Shown: positions 29,108 to 39,761, counted from the stretch's first letter. The stretch: DNA of 64,000 nt from Candidatus Hydrogenedentota bacterium (GCA_045863335.1 BTVY01000015.1:69518-133517), one strand, 5' to 3'. Notes: generated by a model from the letters alone, not told the origin. Numbers and translations are program-made.

Positions 29108-31425
29108 TTCAATTCCATTTCGACGGTCGTTGGTTCCGACGATGGCGGCACCGGGATGATCACTTCCTGTTCTGCGTCTTGTCCACGAACTATCGCGATC
29201 GCAGGCACACGCGGAATAACAGTGAATTGATCGTCGACCCGGAAACCGCCGTTCTCAGCTTCTGCAATCGTTCCCGCTCCGGCGAGGATAAAGAGCGGCG
29301 CCTCGCGCGGACCGCTGAAGGTGAACTTCCGTATCAGCGTCTCGTCGTCCGCCGGAACAACGACCTCCTCGATCCGAATCGGGTCGCTCCCGCCCGGTGT
29401 AAATGAATACAGAAAAACTGGCGCACCCGCTTCGTTCAGTCGGTACCCCTCAAACGTGTATCCGGCGGCGACACCCGTCTCCTCGGGCCAGGGCGCAGTA
29501 TCGACTTCCAACGCGGCTACCGGCATAGGCTTGGCGAAGCGATGGCGCTCTTGACTCAAAGGTTCGATGAACGGCGAGAATCGATCAGCCCAAGCCGATT
29601 CGGCGTCGATAAACCGCCCTCGCCACGCCAGGGCATAGCGCACGTTCAGCGCGTCGAAGGCAAGATGAATGCCTTCGGGGAAGCCCACCGCGATAGCGCG
29701 CGGACCAACGCCTTTCATAAAGGTGCGCAGCAGAATCGGCTTGTCCGTAGGAACCAGTTCAAAGTTATCGTCGCGTTCGAGCCCTTCGGGGAGTCGCGTC
29801 TGCTCGAGTTCGCGCAGGTAGATCCACAAGGCCTCGATCTGCTGGTTCGCGTTGCCTTTGAAGAGATCGGGGAACGTGCTCGTGCCTTCCGGAAAAAAGG
29901 CCGGCATGCGCGTGCCGGGACGAAACGCCGCGGGATCGAGCAGGTAGGCTTTGAACCATTCGGGGCGCAAGCGGCGCGGCGAGGTTTCCAGATCGACGGC
30001 CGGGATACCGAGCGACTTGCGTCCGCGCAGGTTGTGGCAACTGATGCAACTGAGCCCATCCGTGCCCATGAGCTGGCGGCCATAGTGATTGCGGTGATGA
30101 TGAAGCAGCCCGGTCACGTCCATCTCCGGCATGGCTTCCGTGGCGTCCGATTCCGCGAAACGCGTCGCGAGATCGCCGACCTGTCCTTCGCCGAAGAGAG
30201 GCATGCGCGTCGCCATGTAGGGGCGCACAGTCTCCTCGCCGAACAGCGTCGCATGGAAACCCTCAGCCGTCAGCTTCGCGCCGACGCCGGTCAACGGAGG
30301 CGGAATGCGGCCTTCGTCACCGAGGTCGGCGTGGACCCGCGCGGTGAAGTACGGACGGCGTCCCGCCTCGATGCCGCCGACGCCATCCCGCTCGTGGCAG
30401 GCGTAGCAATTCAACGCGGCGAGCCGTTCAGTTAAGACATCGGCATTCGTGGTCACGCCTTCCGCAAGCGCCAGAATGATGGCCTCTCGTTGGCGCGCAT
30501 CGAGGTCATACCACGGCGCGGTACCCGCCGGAGCATCCGCGAGGCAACCGGCGTTTGCAGTTGTGCCGTTCAATGCCGGTGCCGCGAAGTCCGGAAACGC
30601 TTCATCTTCCGGCGCATGGCACACCGCGCAGCCGAGTTTTCCGAACAGATCTGCGCCTTGCTCCGCCTTGGCAGGTTCGACCTCAAACGAAGTGATCCCG
30701 CTTGGATCGCGGCCGGACTGAAGAAGGTATGACGCGATTGCATGCGCTTCGTCATCGGTTAGTTTGAAGTTCGGCATGCGACCCGAGGGACGAATGGTCA
30801 GCGGATCACGCAAGAACTCCACCAGCGATGCCACACTGGTCTTCGTCGAAAGTTCCGGCATGGGAACGCTGGGGATTGCGGGCTTCACAATTTCGACGGT
30901 CTCCTCGGCGAAGGGATCGAGATCATCGCCGATCGATCCGGGCGGACGCCGCGGTTCGTGGCAGGCAACGCAGCCTACCGTATGAAAGAGTTCTTCGCCC
31001 GTCGCCACGCTCTCCGGTGCTGCGCTGTTCGCATCGCGCGCGATCGGACCGCCCCTGCTTACGAGGAAATGGACCAGCGCGTCAACGGCGTCTGCGCGCG
31101 TGGCATCATCCATTCCTGCGAACAGATCCGGCATGGTCGTGCCCGCTTTAGTCGTATGCGGAGCGGTGAGAAATGCGCGGAGATACTGCGGCGTAATGCG
31201 CGCGCCGGCGTTGTCGAGATTGGGCGCTTGCTTCAGCTCAAGCGAGGTGGCCGACGGGATCCCGTGGCACGACGCGCAACCCAACTCGCCGATCAATACG
31301 CGTCCCTGCCTAGCCGTCGCTTTCTTGTCGACTTCGTAGAGCCGCTCGAAACCTGCGACGACCGGCGATTGCGCAATCGCGCCGCAGGCCAACGACCACG
31401 CAACCATGTAGACGAAGCGAATCAC
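29101..31425 (-). CDS. Multi-domain c-type cytochrome (five CxxCH)
   Basis: CASCH, CVACH, CAVCH, CYACH, CISCH, with P..GTTMP/PSGRMP/PGTRMP Met-ligand motifs. Start uncertain (ORF open to 31515). Confidence 0.9.
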   Translation of the reverse strand: MIRFVYMVAWSLACGAIAQSPVVAGFERLYEVDKKATARQGRVLIGELGCASCHGIPSATSLELKQAPNLDNAGARITPQYLRAFLTAPHTTKAGTTMPDLFAGMDDATRADAVDALVHFLVSRGGPIARDANSAAPESVATGEELFHTVGCVACHEPRRPPGSIGDDLDPFAEETVEIVKPAIPSVPMPELSTKTSVASLVEFLRDPLTIRPSGRMPNFKLTDDEAHAIASYLLQSGRDPSGITSFEVEPAKAEQGADLFGKLGCAVCHAPEDEAFPDFAAPALNGTTANAGCLADAPAGTAPWYDLDARQREAIILALAEGVTTNADVLTERLAALNCYACHERDGVGGIEAGRRPYFTARVHADLGDEGRIPPPLTGVGAKLTAEGFHATLFGEETVRPYMATRMPLFGEGQVGDLATRFAESDATEAMPEMDVTGLLHHHRNHYGRQLMGTDGLSCISCHNLRGRKSLGIPAVDLETSPRRLRPEWFKAYLLDPAAFRPGTRMPAFFPEGTSTFPDLFKGNANQQIEALWIYLRELEQTRLPEGLERDDNFELVPTDKPILLRTFMKGVGPRAIAVGFPEGIHLAFDALNVRYALAWRGRFIDAESAWADRFSPFIEPLSQERHRFAKPMPVAALEVDTAPWPEETGVAAGYTFEGYRLNEAGAPVFLYSFTPGGSDPIRIEEVVVPADDETLIRKFTFSGPREAPLFILAGAGTIAEAENGGFRVDDQFTVIPRVPAIAIVRGQDAEQEVIIPVPPSSEPTTVEMELKW

Positions 31426-31438
31426 GGGACGCGCAACG

Positions 31439-32014
31439 CTATGAACTCGCCGGCGCCGCCGCGCGCGCTTCTTCAAGCATCTTGATCCACGGGCCAACGT
31501 AACGGCCGTTGTCATGGAAGGTGCGGCCGCTTACGAGGTTCCCGTCGATGACGCAGGGTTCGTTCACATAGATGCCGCCGCAGACCTCCAGATCGAACTG
31601 GCACTTCGCGACGGTCGCCATGCGCCGCCCCTTCACGCAACCGGCGCGCGCGGGGATTTCGACGCCATGACACACGCTCGCGATGGGCTTGTTCGCTTCG
31701 AAGAAATGGCGCGTAATGCGGATGAGGTCGGGGTGATCGCGGATATACTCCGGCGCGCGCCCTCCGGAAAACATGATGCCCGCGTACTCCGTAGGGTCGA
31801 TGTCGGCGAAGGCGATATCCGCTTCGAGGGTGTACCCTTCCCATTCCTTCGTGATCGTCCATCCGGGCTTCACTTCGTGCAGCACCATCTGGTAACGCCG
31901 TTTCTCCGGCGCGGCGACGACCGGCGTGAAACCCGCCTCCTGCAAGCGGTAGTAGGGGTACATCGTGTCAAGCGTCTCGGCCGCGTCGCCGATGATAATC
32001 AATACCTTGTCCAT
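31439..32014 (-). CDS. DJ-1/PfpI family protein
   Basis: GGRAPEYIR, ASVCHG, DGNLVSGR. Confidence 0.92.
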   Translation of the reverse strand: MDKVLIIIGDAAETLDTMYPYYRLQEAGFTPVVAAPEKRRYQMVLHEVKPGWTITKEWEGYTLEADIAFADIDPTEYAGIMFSGGRAPEYIRDHPDLIRITRHFFEANKPIASVCHGVEIPARAGCVKGRRMATVAKCQFDLEVCGGIYVNEPCVIDGNLVSGRTFHDNGRYVGPWIKMLEEARAAAPASS

Positions 32015-32030
32015 GATGGGTTCCTCTGCA

Positions 32031-32972
32031 TTACGTCGAATCGTTTCCGGGCAACAGACTTTCCAAATATTCGCGCGACCGGTTCAAGACCGTGGTGACC
32101 TCGGGCGCGGTGGGCAGCACGGGGATCCCGCGTGGTACGGGGTGCATGAAGATGGACGTGCGACCCGCGTAGTTTATGGCGCGCAAGGCTTCCACGACGG
32201 GCCCAAAATCGAAGGAGCCGGAGCCGGGCAGTTGTTTCATCTCCTGCACCTTCGGCAGCTTGTCGCGCGATCCCATGCCGTGTTCCCACGCGTAGAAATG
32301 CACGAGACGCGGTCCCAGGTCGGTAATGAGCCTGGCCTGCAGTTCAGGATCCTGCGGCAAATGATACGGCGCGTAGGCAATCCCCAGGCGCTCCGATGGC
32401 GACATCTCCGCGAAATAGCGCAGCGAATCCGGCGATTCGAGCAGGGCGTTCGCGTGGTTCTCGATGGCGATGGTTACGCCCAGTTCTTCGGCCACGGCGA
32501 CGTGGGGCTTCATGGCCTCCACGAATTTCGCCATGCGCTTGCGCAGGGTATCGCCTTCTTGCTTACCGGAGCCCGCGACGATCATGTCGCCGCCCAGTTG
32601 CTTCACGACGGCCATCTCGTCCTGGAGCCGGTACGGCCCGAGGTCGTAGCGCGTGATGATCCCGAGGCGAACGTCGTGGGCCTGCAACATCTCGAGAAAG
32701 GCGTCGTGCCCCATCTCCTCGATCTGCTCGCGCTGGTTGCCGTGAACCTTCGGCCAGATATCGATTTCGCTCGCGCCGGACTTGTGGACCTCCGGCAGGA
32801 TTTCCGCGAGCGGCAGTTCGCCGTAAAGCGATGACGCGAGAATGTAGCGGAACCGGAACGGCTCGGTCTGCGCCTGCGCGGTGCGCAGCCCCGCCGCCGC
32901 CGCAGCGCAGACCGCAGCAGCCTGCAGAAAGGATCGGCGCGAGAACGCGGTCGGTTGCGTTGAGGACATCAT
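32031..32972 (-). CDS. TAT-exported xylose isomerase-like TIM-barrel protein
   Basis: SRRSFLQ leader; IAIENH, APYHL, PGSGSFDF. Confidence 0.87.
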   Translation of the reverse strand: MMSSTQPTAFSRRSFLQAAAVCAAAAAGLRTAQAQTEPFRFRYILASSLYGELPLAEILPEVHKSGASEIDIWPKVHGNQREQIEEMGHDAFLEMLQAHDVRLGIITRYDLGPYRLQDEMAVVKQLGGDMIVAGSGKQEGDTLRKRMAKFVEAMKPHVAVAEELGVTIAIENHANALLESPDSLRYFAEMSPSERLGIAYAPYHLPQDPELQARLITDLGPRLVHFYAWEHGMGSRDKLPKVQEMKQLPGSGSFDFGPVVEALRAINYAGRTSIFMHPVPRGIPVLPTAPEVTTVLNRSREYLESLLPGNDST

Positions 32973-33255
32973 GGACCCCTTGGGGTTCGTTGCAGCTTGA
33001 GTGGCCCGAATCTACAGCCTCAGTCGCCGAAGGTCAAATGCCCGGCTCAACGTGACTCGGACCGAAGTTTGATGACCAGCCGCAAAGGCTTACCCGGTGC
33101 AAGTTCGATGGGCAGTCCTTCGCTGAGCATTTTTCCCAAAAAAGATGTCCACCATTACGAAGAACCGAAGGCCGTCGGGCAAAACGCGAATCGCACTGGG
33201 CACGGTGTACGGCGTATACTAGGTGCAGGCTTGGCAAGGCCGGAGGCACTTAAAC

Positions 33256-34221
33256 ATGGGCGCTATTCTGGACACGCAATCGGTAGCTTCCTTCCATAAA
33301 CGCGGCTACATCGTCATCGAGTCCGTGTTCAGCGATGCGGATCTGCAACCCGCTATCGACGAACTCACCGGCGAGGTCAATCGCCGCGCTCGCGCGCTCG
33401 TCGATCAGGGCAGGCTGAGCCAAACCTTCGAGGAAGCCGGATTCGAGCGGCAGCTCGCGCTGATTAGCCAGGAGACCGACGAACTCGCGGTCTCCATCTG
33501 GAACGGCGTCCTCAGCGGTCCCGGCATCTTCCACATTCTCAGCCATCCCGCCTTGCTTGATATCGCAGAGGTCTTCTACGGTCCCGAAATCATCGCGAGC
33601 AGCGTCTACCGCTTGCGACCCAAGATCCCGAACTACGGATACGGCGCCGTGCCCTGGCACCAGGATTCCGGCTATCTCGAACCCTATTGCGACGACGCGC
33701 TGGTCGTCACGGTGTGGTTGCCGCTGGTGGACGCGGACGAATCGAACGGTTGCCTTTGGGTCATCCCCGGTTCGCATCGCTCGCCGGTGGCGAAGCATCG
33801 GCTCCACGCAAGCGGCAAGTACTTGGAGATCGCGAAGGAGGACTTGCCGGCGGGCGATCCGGTTGTGTGCCCGGTGCCGAAAGGCGGCGTGCTCTTGATG
33901 ACCAACCGCACGGTTCACGGCAGCTACGAAAACACCTCGGACATCGTGCGCTGGAGCATGGACCTCCGCTACCAGAGCGCGGCCTTGCCTACGAACGCGG
34001 CGATAACCCGGTTGGATAACGAAGCGGTCGCCTCTGTCTCGACGGGAGTGCCCGCAGCGTGTTACCCGCCCGAGGCCGACTTTCTCGTGCGCAGCGCGCA
34101 ACGGCCCGGCGAGGTCATCCGCACGCCGGAAGCCTTCGACGCGCTCCGCCGCAATCACACCCCGTCCGAAGTCACCAATCGCTGGGGCGTCAACTGGGCC
34201 GCACCGAAGATCGAGGCGTAA
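33256..34221 (+). CDS. Phytanoyl-CoA dioxygenase (PhyH) family Fe/2OG oxygenase
   Basis: PWHQDSGY, VWLPLVD, NGCLWVIPGSH, HGS..N.S..RWSMDLRY. Confidence 0.93.
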   Translation: MGAILDTQSVASFHKRGYIVIESVFSDADLQPAIDELTGEVNRRARALVDQGRLSQTFEEAGFERQLALISQETDELAVSIWNGVLSGPGIFHILSHPALLDIAEVFYGPEIIASSVYRLRPKIPNYGYGAVPWHQDSGYLEPYCDDALVVTVWLPLVDADESNGCLWVIPGSHRSPVAKHRLHASGKYLEIAKEDLPAGDPVVCPVPKGGVLLMTNRTVHGSYENTSDIVRWSMDLRYQSAALPTNAAITRLDNEAVASVSTGVPAACYPPEADFLVRSAQRPGEVIRTPEAFDALRRNHTPSEVTNRWGVNWAAPKIEA

Positions 34222-34264
34222 GGCAACAATCGTCGAACAGCCGAAGTTACCTGCTCAACCGCAT

Positions 34265-34795
34265 AGAACATCCCCCTTGCCCCCTTCAAAGGGGGAATGT
34301 TCGCAACGCGTTGCGTTGCGAGGCCAATCAATCAAAGTCGGAGCGCGAGACGTCACAAATCACGATAGCTGCGGCGTACGAACTCCCCCTTCGAAGGGGT
34401 GCAGTTCTTGCAGTACCGCTCGAAATGCACTCTGCGTCATGGGGTTTTCCGACCCCTCTATTGGTGGGGCGTGGATCGGACTTTCAGCCCTTCATATTCA
34501 GGGATCCCCGTTTTCATGGGGCGTTGCCCCATGCTGGTATAGAGCGCGCCGTTGGCGCAAACGTCCTTTCGCTCATGGCAGAATGAAACCATCCGGAGGG
34601 CCAACGGCCCGGTCAATACCAGCCTGGGCCGCAGGCCCAGGAAAGGGAACGTTTTTTATCCACAGGGCTGTAAGCCCGACCCATTATGCCTACAGGAATG
34701 GGCCAAATCGTTCCAACTCTATTGCAGTTTTCGGAGTGCATGACCGGTATTGTCAGAACTGCACCCCTTCGAAGGGGGATCAAGGGGGATGTTCT
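34265..34795. mobile_element. REP doublet (CCCCCTTCRAAGGGGG family) interrupted by a 372-bp MITE-like element that contains another REP pair
   Basis: Outer units AGAACATCCCCCTTGCCCCCTTCAAAGGGGG and ...TTCGAAGGGGGATCAAGGGGGATGTTCT. Inner element 34396-34767 has 13-bp TIRs GGGGTGCAGTTCT and is flanked by a TTCGAA duplication. Confidence 0.8.
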
Positions 34796-34850
34796 TTGTC
34801 TTCTGCGACAGATTCTGCTCTTTGTGTGTGCCGACAGTGTCCAGGCGGCA

Positions 34851-36098
34851 CTACGCCAGGCCATTGTATTCCGCGACCGCTTCGTACATGGCGACGACGT
34901 TCTGCGGCGGCACGTCTGGGAGGATGTTATGCACCGTGTTAAAGACGAACCCGCCCCCCGGCGACAGGATCTTCAGCCGCTCGATGACGTGCCGCTTCAC
35001 CGCTTCCGGCGATTCGCGATTGAGGACATGGCGCGTGTCGCAACCCCCGCCCCAAAGACAGATGTCTCCGCCGAATTCGCGTTTAATGCGTTCCGGTTCC
35101 ATGTTCCGGCAGGTCGTTTGGACGGGATTGATCACGTCGAATCCCGCGTCGATAAGGTCGGGCAACAGGTCGTGGATGGACCCGCAGGAATGTAGGAACG
35201 TCCGCATTTCGCTGTGGCTGTGCACGTATTCGCAAAGCACGCGGTGTCGCGGCAAGAACAGGGTCCGGTACGTTTCCGGCGCCATGAACGGCCCGTTGTC
35301 CATGCCGAGGTCATCGCCGAACCGCAGCACGTCGGCCACGTCGCCCACCGCATTGCATACCTTCTCAAGCGTTTGGAGATGGACTTCCATCAGCGCGTCC
35401 AGCAGCGCTTCCACGCGTTGCGGCTCGGCGATCAGATCCATGAGGAAATTATCGATGCGCCGTAAGAAGGTGCCCCACTCGAAAAGGTTGCAGCCGCAGA
35501 CAATCATGAGCGCGCGGTCCGACGAAGCACGCAGCTTGAGCGCGCGCGCGCGCAGGTCTTTCCAGAAGACTGGCTTCCCGGCACTGTCCCAGGGGCTGTG
35601 CGCAAACGCCGCCCAATGCACCCGGGCCATGTCCTTCGGCAGGTCGCGAAAGTGGTCGGGATAGCCGTCAAGGTAAGGAAAACAAACCTGATCGAAGAAC
35701 GTTCCATCAGCCGGCATCCTGGCCAGCACCTCGCCGGACTCGCTTAGCGCCGACCAGGACCCATCCCCCTCCTGTCGCGGCGCAAACCAGCGGGGATACT
35801 GCGCCGTACTGCCATCGTTCAGCGTGGTCTCATACCAGTCTTCGGCGCGATCGTTGAAGGCACGGCCGATGTCAATCACGTCGACACCGAACCGGTCCAG
35901 CGCCCAATCTTCGGGTTGCGCGAGTTGTTGCACCACGTCATACACGCGCGTCGCACCTTCGCGAACGCCGAGATGGACTTTCAAGTTGCTGTAGGCGATG
36001 GCCGAAATGCCCGAACTGGGCGTGGAACCCATGTCGACCGGCACACGGTCCGGTTCCTGATGGGCGATCGCGGCCAACACCCGCTCACGAGACGTCAT
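34851..36098 (-). CDS. Uroporphyrinogen decarboxylase-like (MtaA/CmuA methyltransferase superfamily) protein
   Basis: MTSRERV..EPDRVPVD, GDDLG, FLHSCGS, INPVQ, WGGGCD, GGGFVF..HNI; ATGA overlap with the upstream gene. Confidence 0.92.
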   Translation of the reverse strand: MTSRERVLAAIAHQEPDRVPVDMGSTPSSGISAIAYSNLKVHLGVREGATRVYDVVQQLAQPEDWALDRFGVDVIDIGRAFNDRAEDWYETTLNDGSTAQYPRWFAPRQEGDGSWSALSESGEVLARMPADGTFFDQVCFPYLDGYPDHFRDLPKDMARVHWAAFAHSPWDSAGKPVFWKDLRARALKLRASSDRALMIVCGCNLFEWGTFLRRIDNFLMDLIAEPQRVEALLDALMEVHLQTLEKVCNAVGDVADVLRFGDDLGMDNGPFMAPETYRTLFLPRHRVLCEYVHSHSEMRTFLHSCGSIHDLLPDLIDAGFDVINPVQTTCRNMEPERIKREFGGDICLWGGGCDTRHVLNRESPEAVKRHVIERLKILSPGGGFVFNTVHNILPDVPPQNVVAMYEAVAEYNGLA

Positions 36099-36520
36099 GG
36101 ACAATGAAATACCTCCTCCATCGATGCCCACCATTCGCCTTCTTTCCGATGCTTCACCGCGAACTGGCAGGGGTCGGTCTCTTTCCACCACTTCTGCGTC
36201 ATGGGGTCGGCCGCCATCTTCGCCATGTCCGCGTCGAAATCCTCGCCTACGTACTCGAAGTAACTGAAGAGGTAGTATTTGTCGTCATCGAGTTGGTGAA
36301 GGTAGATCGAGTAGTTGCGGATGTTGCACTCCTTAATCTTCTTCAAGACTTCCGGCCAGGCATTCGCGTGGAGTTTCTTGTACTCCTCGATCTTGTCGGC
36401 GTTCAGTCCGATCACGCTGCCATACCGCTGCACTTCGGGCGCCGCATCGGCCTTGGGGAAGTAGTAGATCGCGATACCGGCCCCGAGCAAAACCAGGATT
36501 GGAAGGAGTGGCTTGCGCAT
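36095..36520 (-). CDS. L-rhamnose mutarotase family protein with N-terminal signal/anchor
   Basis: EEYKKLHANAWPEV, NIRNYSIY, LFSYFEY, TQKWW, MEEVFH. Confidence 0.9.
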   Translation of the reverse strand: MRKPLLPILVLLGAGIAIYYFPKADAAPEVQRYGSVIGLNADKIEEYKKLHANAWPEVLKKIKECNIRNYSIYLHQLDDDKYYLFSYFEYVGEDFDADMAKMAADPMTQKWWKETDPCQFAVKHRKEGEWWASMEEVFHCP

Positions 36521-36550
36521 GGATTCTAACCTCCTTGGTGCGGAATAGGG

Positions 36551-38164
36551 TTAGCGAAACACCGCGTATAGCATGACCATGATGATGCACAGTGCGAAGG
36601 CAACCAGATGGTAACTCGCGAATCCCCGGCCGTCCTCGCGGCGAAACGGCGCTAACGGGCTTGACCATGTCAATGCCGCCCGCTGCTCGGACGGCGCGTC
36701 CGGCGCGAGTATGGAAACGGGGATCATGACTGCGCTGCACAGGACCGCGAGATAGAACCCCGCCATCATGAACGGTACGCTCCAACCCGTACTTTCTTTG
36801 AACCAATCGAGGAGAAAGACGGCGAGTCCAAGCGCGGAACCGGCCATCAGGGTGACAATCGCGCCGCGCGACGATGCACCCCGCCAAAACACACCCAACA
36901 CAAAGACCACTGTGATGGGTGGCGCGATGTAACAAATCGCCGCATTAATGCCCTGAAAGACCGAGGGGTACCGCCCCAGCCATGGTGACCACGCCACGGC
37001 CACAACCAATCCAACAAATGTCGCGATGCGCCCCACGGTCACGAGCGTGCGGTCGCCGGCGTCGGGAACGAATCGGCGATAGATGTCGTGCGAGAACAGC
37101 GTCGCCGCCGAGTTGAGCGCGCCGGATACGGTGCTCATGAGGGCGGCGAGCAGCGCGGCCGCAACCAGGCCACGCAGTCCCGCCGGCAACAAGTTGCCGA
37201 TCATGAATGCGTACACCTGCTCCGACTTCTCCAGGGTGTTTGGCAATTCGCCTTGTTCGATCAAGGCCGCGCAAATCAGCCCCGGAAACACGAAGATGAA
37301 AACGGGCAGGATCTTGATGAAACCCGCAAACAAGGGACCCAGGCGCGCGTGAGTCTCGTCTTTCGCGCCGAGCACGCGCTGAACAATGGTCTGATCGGTG
37401 CACCAGTACCAGATCCCAATCACGGGATATCCGAGCAACACGGAATACCACGGCAATCCGGAGGCGTCGCCAGCGGGCCGAAGCATGGTCAGTTGATGGG
37501 GTTCGACGGTCGCCGTAATGCCGCTCCATCCACCCGCGCGGACATAGGCAATACCGGTCAGCATGAACGCGCCGAGTACGAGAATGACGGTCTGCACGGA
37601 TTCCGTTACCACGACCGCCGTCAGGCCGCCGATAATCGTGTACGCGCCGGTGACCGCGGCGACCAGCAGGATACTCGTCATCTTGTCTATGCCGAAGAGT
37701 CCTTCGAGCACGACCGCGCCCGCGTAGAACGTGAAGCCGATGTGGATGAAGATGGCGGAAACGATGGATAGCAGCGTCAGCCAGTCCCGGCTCGCGCGGC
37801 TGTAGCGCCGTTCGAGGAACTCCGGCAACGTGGAGACGCGGGTGCGCACATAGAACGGCGCGAAGAATAACGCGAGGACGACCAGCGTGAACGCGGCCAT
37901 CCATTCAAAGTTCCCGTAGGCGAGCCCGTTGACGTACCCTTCCTGGGCTAGGCTGACGAGATGCACCGTCGAAATGTTCGTGGCGAACAGGGCAAGTCCG
38001 ATGACCGGCCAGCGAAGACTGCGTCCCGCGAGGAAGTATCCGGAATCCCGGTCGTCGCCACGGCGCCTGAGCCCCGCCCAAATGCCCAGCACGACAATCC
38101 CGACGAGGTAAAGCAAAAGGACGACGAGGTCCGTCGCGCCCATGCGACCGGTAGGTTCCATCAC
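36551..38164 (-). CDS. Sodium:solute symporter (SGLT-like)
   Basis: YFLAGR, LFATNIS, WYWCTDQTIVQRVL, AALLAALMST. Confidence 0.94.
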   Translation of the reverse strand: MMEPTGRMGATDLVVLLLYLVGIVVLGIWAGLRRRGDDRDSGYFLAGRSLRWPVIGLALFATNISTVHLVSLAQEGYVNGLAYGNFEWMAAFTLVVLALFFAPFYVRTRVSTLPEFLERRYSRASRDWLTLLSIVSAIFIHIGFTFYAGAVVLEGLFGIDKMTSILLVAAVTGAYTIIGGLTAVVVTESVQTVILVLGAFMLTGIAYVRAGGWSGITATVEPHQLTMLRPAGDASGLPWYSVLLGYPVIGIWYWCTDQTIVQRVLGAKDETHARLGPLFAGFIKILPVFIFVFPGLICAALIEQGELPNTLEKSEQVYAFMIGNLLPAGLRGLVAAALLAALMSTVSGALNSAATLFSHDIYRRFVPDAGDRTLVTVGRIATFVGLVVAVAWSPWLGRYPSVFQGINAAICYIAPPITVVFVLGVFWRGASSRGAIVTLMAGSALGLAVFLLDWFKESTGWSVPFMMAGFYLAVLCSAVMIPVSILAPDAPSEQRAALTWSSPLAPFRREDGRGFASYHLVAFALCIIMVMLYAVFR

Positions 38165-38402
38165 GCCCCCCTTTTTCAGCCGCCCTCGAGTTGCTCATGC
38201 GCTACAACGCCAGGTTGTCAATATACACCTTTTCACCGGTCTCGAAACCACTGCCAATCGAATTGGCATCGGCCTGAAGCGGGCACCCGGCCACTCCCGC
38301 TTGTGCGTATCCCCTGAGCGCATTAGACTTGATTTCACCAACCGCGCCGATTCACTGTAAACCCACTGCCACGCGGCCGCGCGGCTCCGACCATGAGGGA
38401 GA

Positions 38403-39761
38403 ATGATAATGAGCCTTACCATGAACCGCCGCAGTTTCCTCCAAACCGCCGCCGCTTCCGCCGCATTCGCCGCCTACGGTGCGAAGGCCGCGGAACTTGC
38501 CGACGTCTCCGTCAAACGCGTCGGCGTCATCGGCACGGGCTGGTACGGCAAGAGCGACGTGTGCCGGTTGATCCAGGTGGCCCCGGTCGAGGTGGTTTCC
38601 ATCTGCGACGTGGACGCGAACATGCTGCAAGGCGCGGCGGAACTCATCAGCCAGCGGCAGAAGTCGGGCAACACGCCGCGCACGTACCGCGACTACCGCG
38701 ACATGCTTGCGGAGAAGGATCTCGACATCGTGTTGATCGGCACGCCGGATCATTGGCATGCCCTTCCTGCGATCGCGGCCATGGAAGCCGGCGCCCACGT
38801 GTACCTGCAAAAACCCACGGCCGTCGACGTGCGCGAAAGCGAGACCATCCTGGACACCGCGCGGCGGCTCAACCGTGTCGTGCAGGTGGGAACGCAACGG
38901 CGGAGCACGCCGCACCTCATCCACGCGAAGGAGAACGTCGTCGATGCGGGCCTCTTGGGCAAGGTTGCCCACGTCGAGGTGTGCTGCTACTACCACATGC
39001 GGGCGAACGAGAATCCACCGCCCATACCGGTGCCTGATTTCCTCGATTACGAGATGTGGACCGGCCCTGCGCCGATGCGGCCCTACGTGCGTCTGCCCCA
39101 CCGTGGCTGGTGGCGCGCCTTCATGGAGTATAGCAACGGCATCGTCGGCGATATGTGCGTGCACATGTTCGACGCGGTGCGATGGATGCTCGATCTGGGT
39201 TGGCCCACGCGCATCGCCTCCAGCGGCGGCATACTTGTACAAACCGAATCCGCCGCGACGACCAGCGACACGCAGACCGCCACCTTCGACTACGATGACC
39301 TTACCGTCACCTGGCAGCACCGGTCCTGGGGCGACGCGCCCGATCCGAAGTATCCATGGGCATTGACCCTTTACGGCGACAAGGGCACGCTCAAAGCCAA
39401 CATCGAACAGTACGACTTTGTCCCGCGCGGGGAGGGCGAGCCGATCCACCAGGATTGTTTATTCGAGCGGGAGGAGTATCCCGAGGATCTGCAAGAGAAG
39501 GACATCGAACTCCAGGCCGCTCCGGCCACGCGGCGGCACATGATCGATTTCATCAATGCCATCGAAACCGGAGGCCGCCCCGTCGCCGATATCGAGCAGG
39601 GACACATTTCCTCGGTGAGCTGCATCCTCGCGAATCTCGCCATGAAAACCGGCCGGACGCTCGCCTACGATCCGACGACGCGCGAAATCACCGGCGACCC
39701 CGAGGCCACCGCCTTGCTGCAACGGCCATATCGAGGTCCATGGCAACACCCCGCGGGGTAA
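38403..39761 (+). CDS. TAT-exported Gfo/Idh/MocA oxidoreductase
   Basis: NRRSFLQ; GVIGTGWYG, GTPDHWH, YLQKP, QVGTQRRS, DMCVHMFD. Confidence 0.94.
   Translation: MIMSLTMNRRSFLQTAAASAAFAAYGAKAAELADVSVKRVGVIGTGWYGKSDVCRLIQVAPVEVVSICDVDANMLQGAAELISQRQKSGNTPRTYRDYRDMLAEKDLDIVLIGTPDHWHALPAIAAMEAGAHVYLQKPTAVDVRESETILDTARRLNRVVQVGTQRRSTPHLIHAKENVVDAGLLGKVAHVEVCCYYHMRANENPPPIPVPDFLDYEMWTGPAPMRPYVRLPHRGWWRAFMEYSNGIVGDMCVHMFDAVRWMLDLGWPTRIASSGGILVQTESAATTSDTQTATFDYDDLTVTWQHRSWGDAPDPKYPWALTLYGDKGTLKANIEQYDFVPRGEGEPIHQDCLFEREEYPEDLQEKDIELQAAPATRRHMIDFINAIETGGRPVADIEQGHISSVSCILANLAMKTGRTLAYDPTTREITGDPEATALLQRPYRGPWQHPAG

Noticed and set aside
34265-34795. CRISPR array
   Set aside because: The repeats are inverted pairs, not regularly spaced direct repeats; no cas genes are present.
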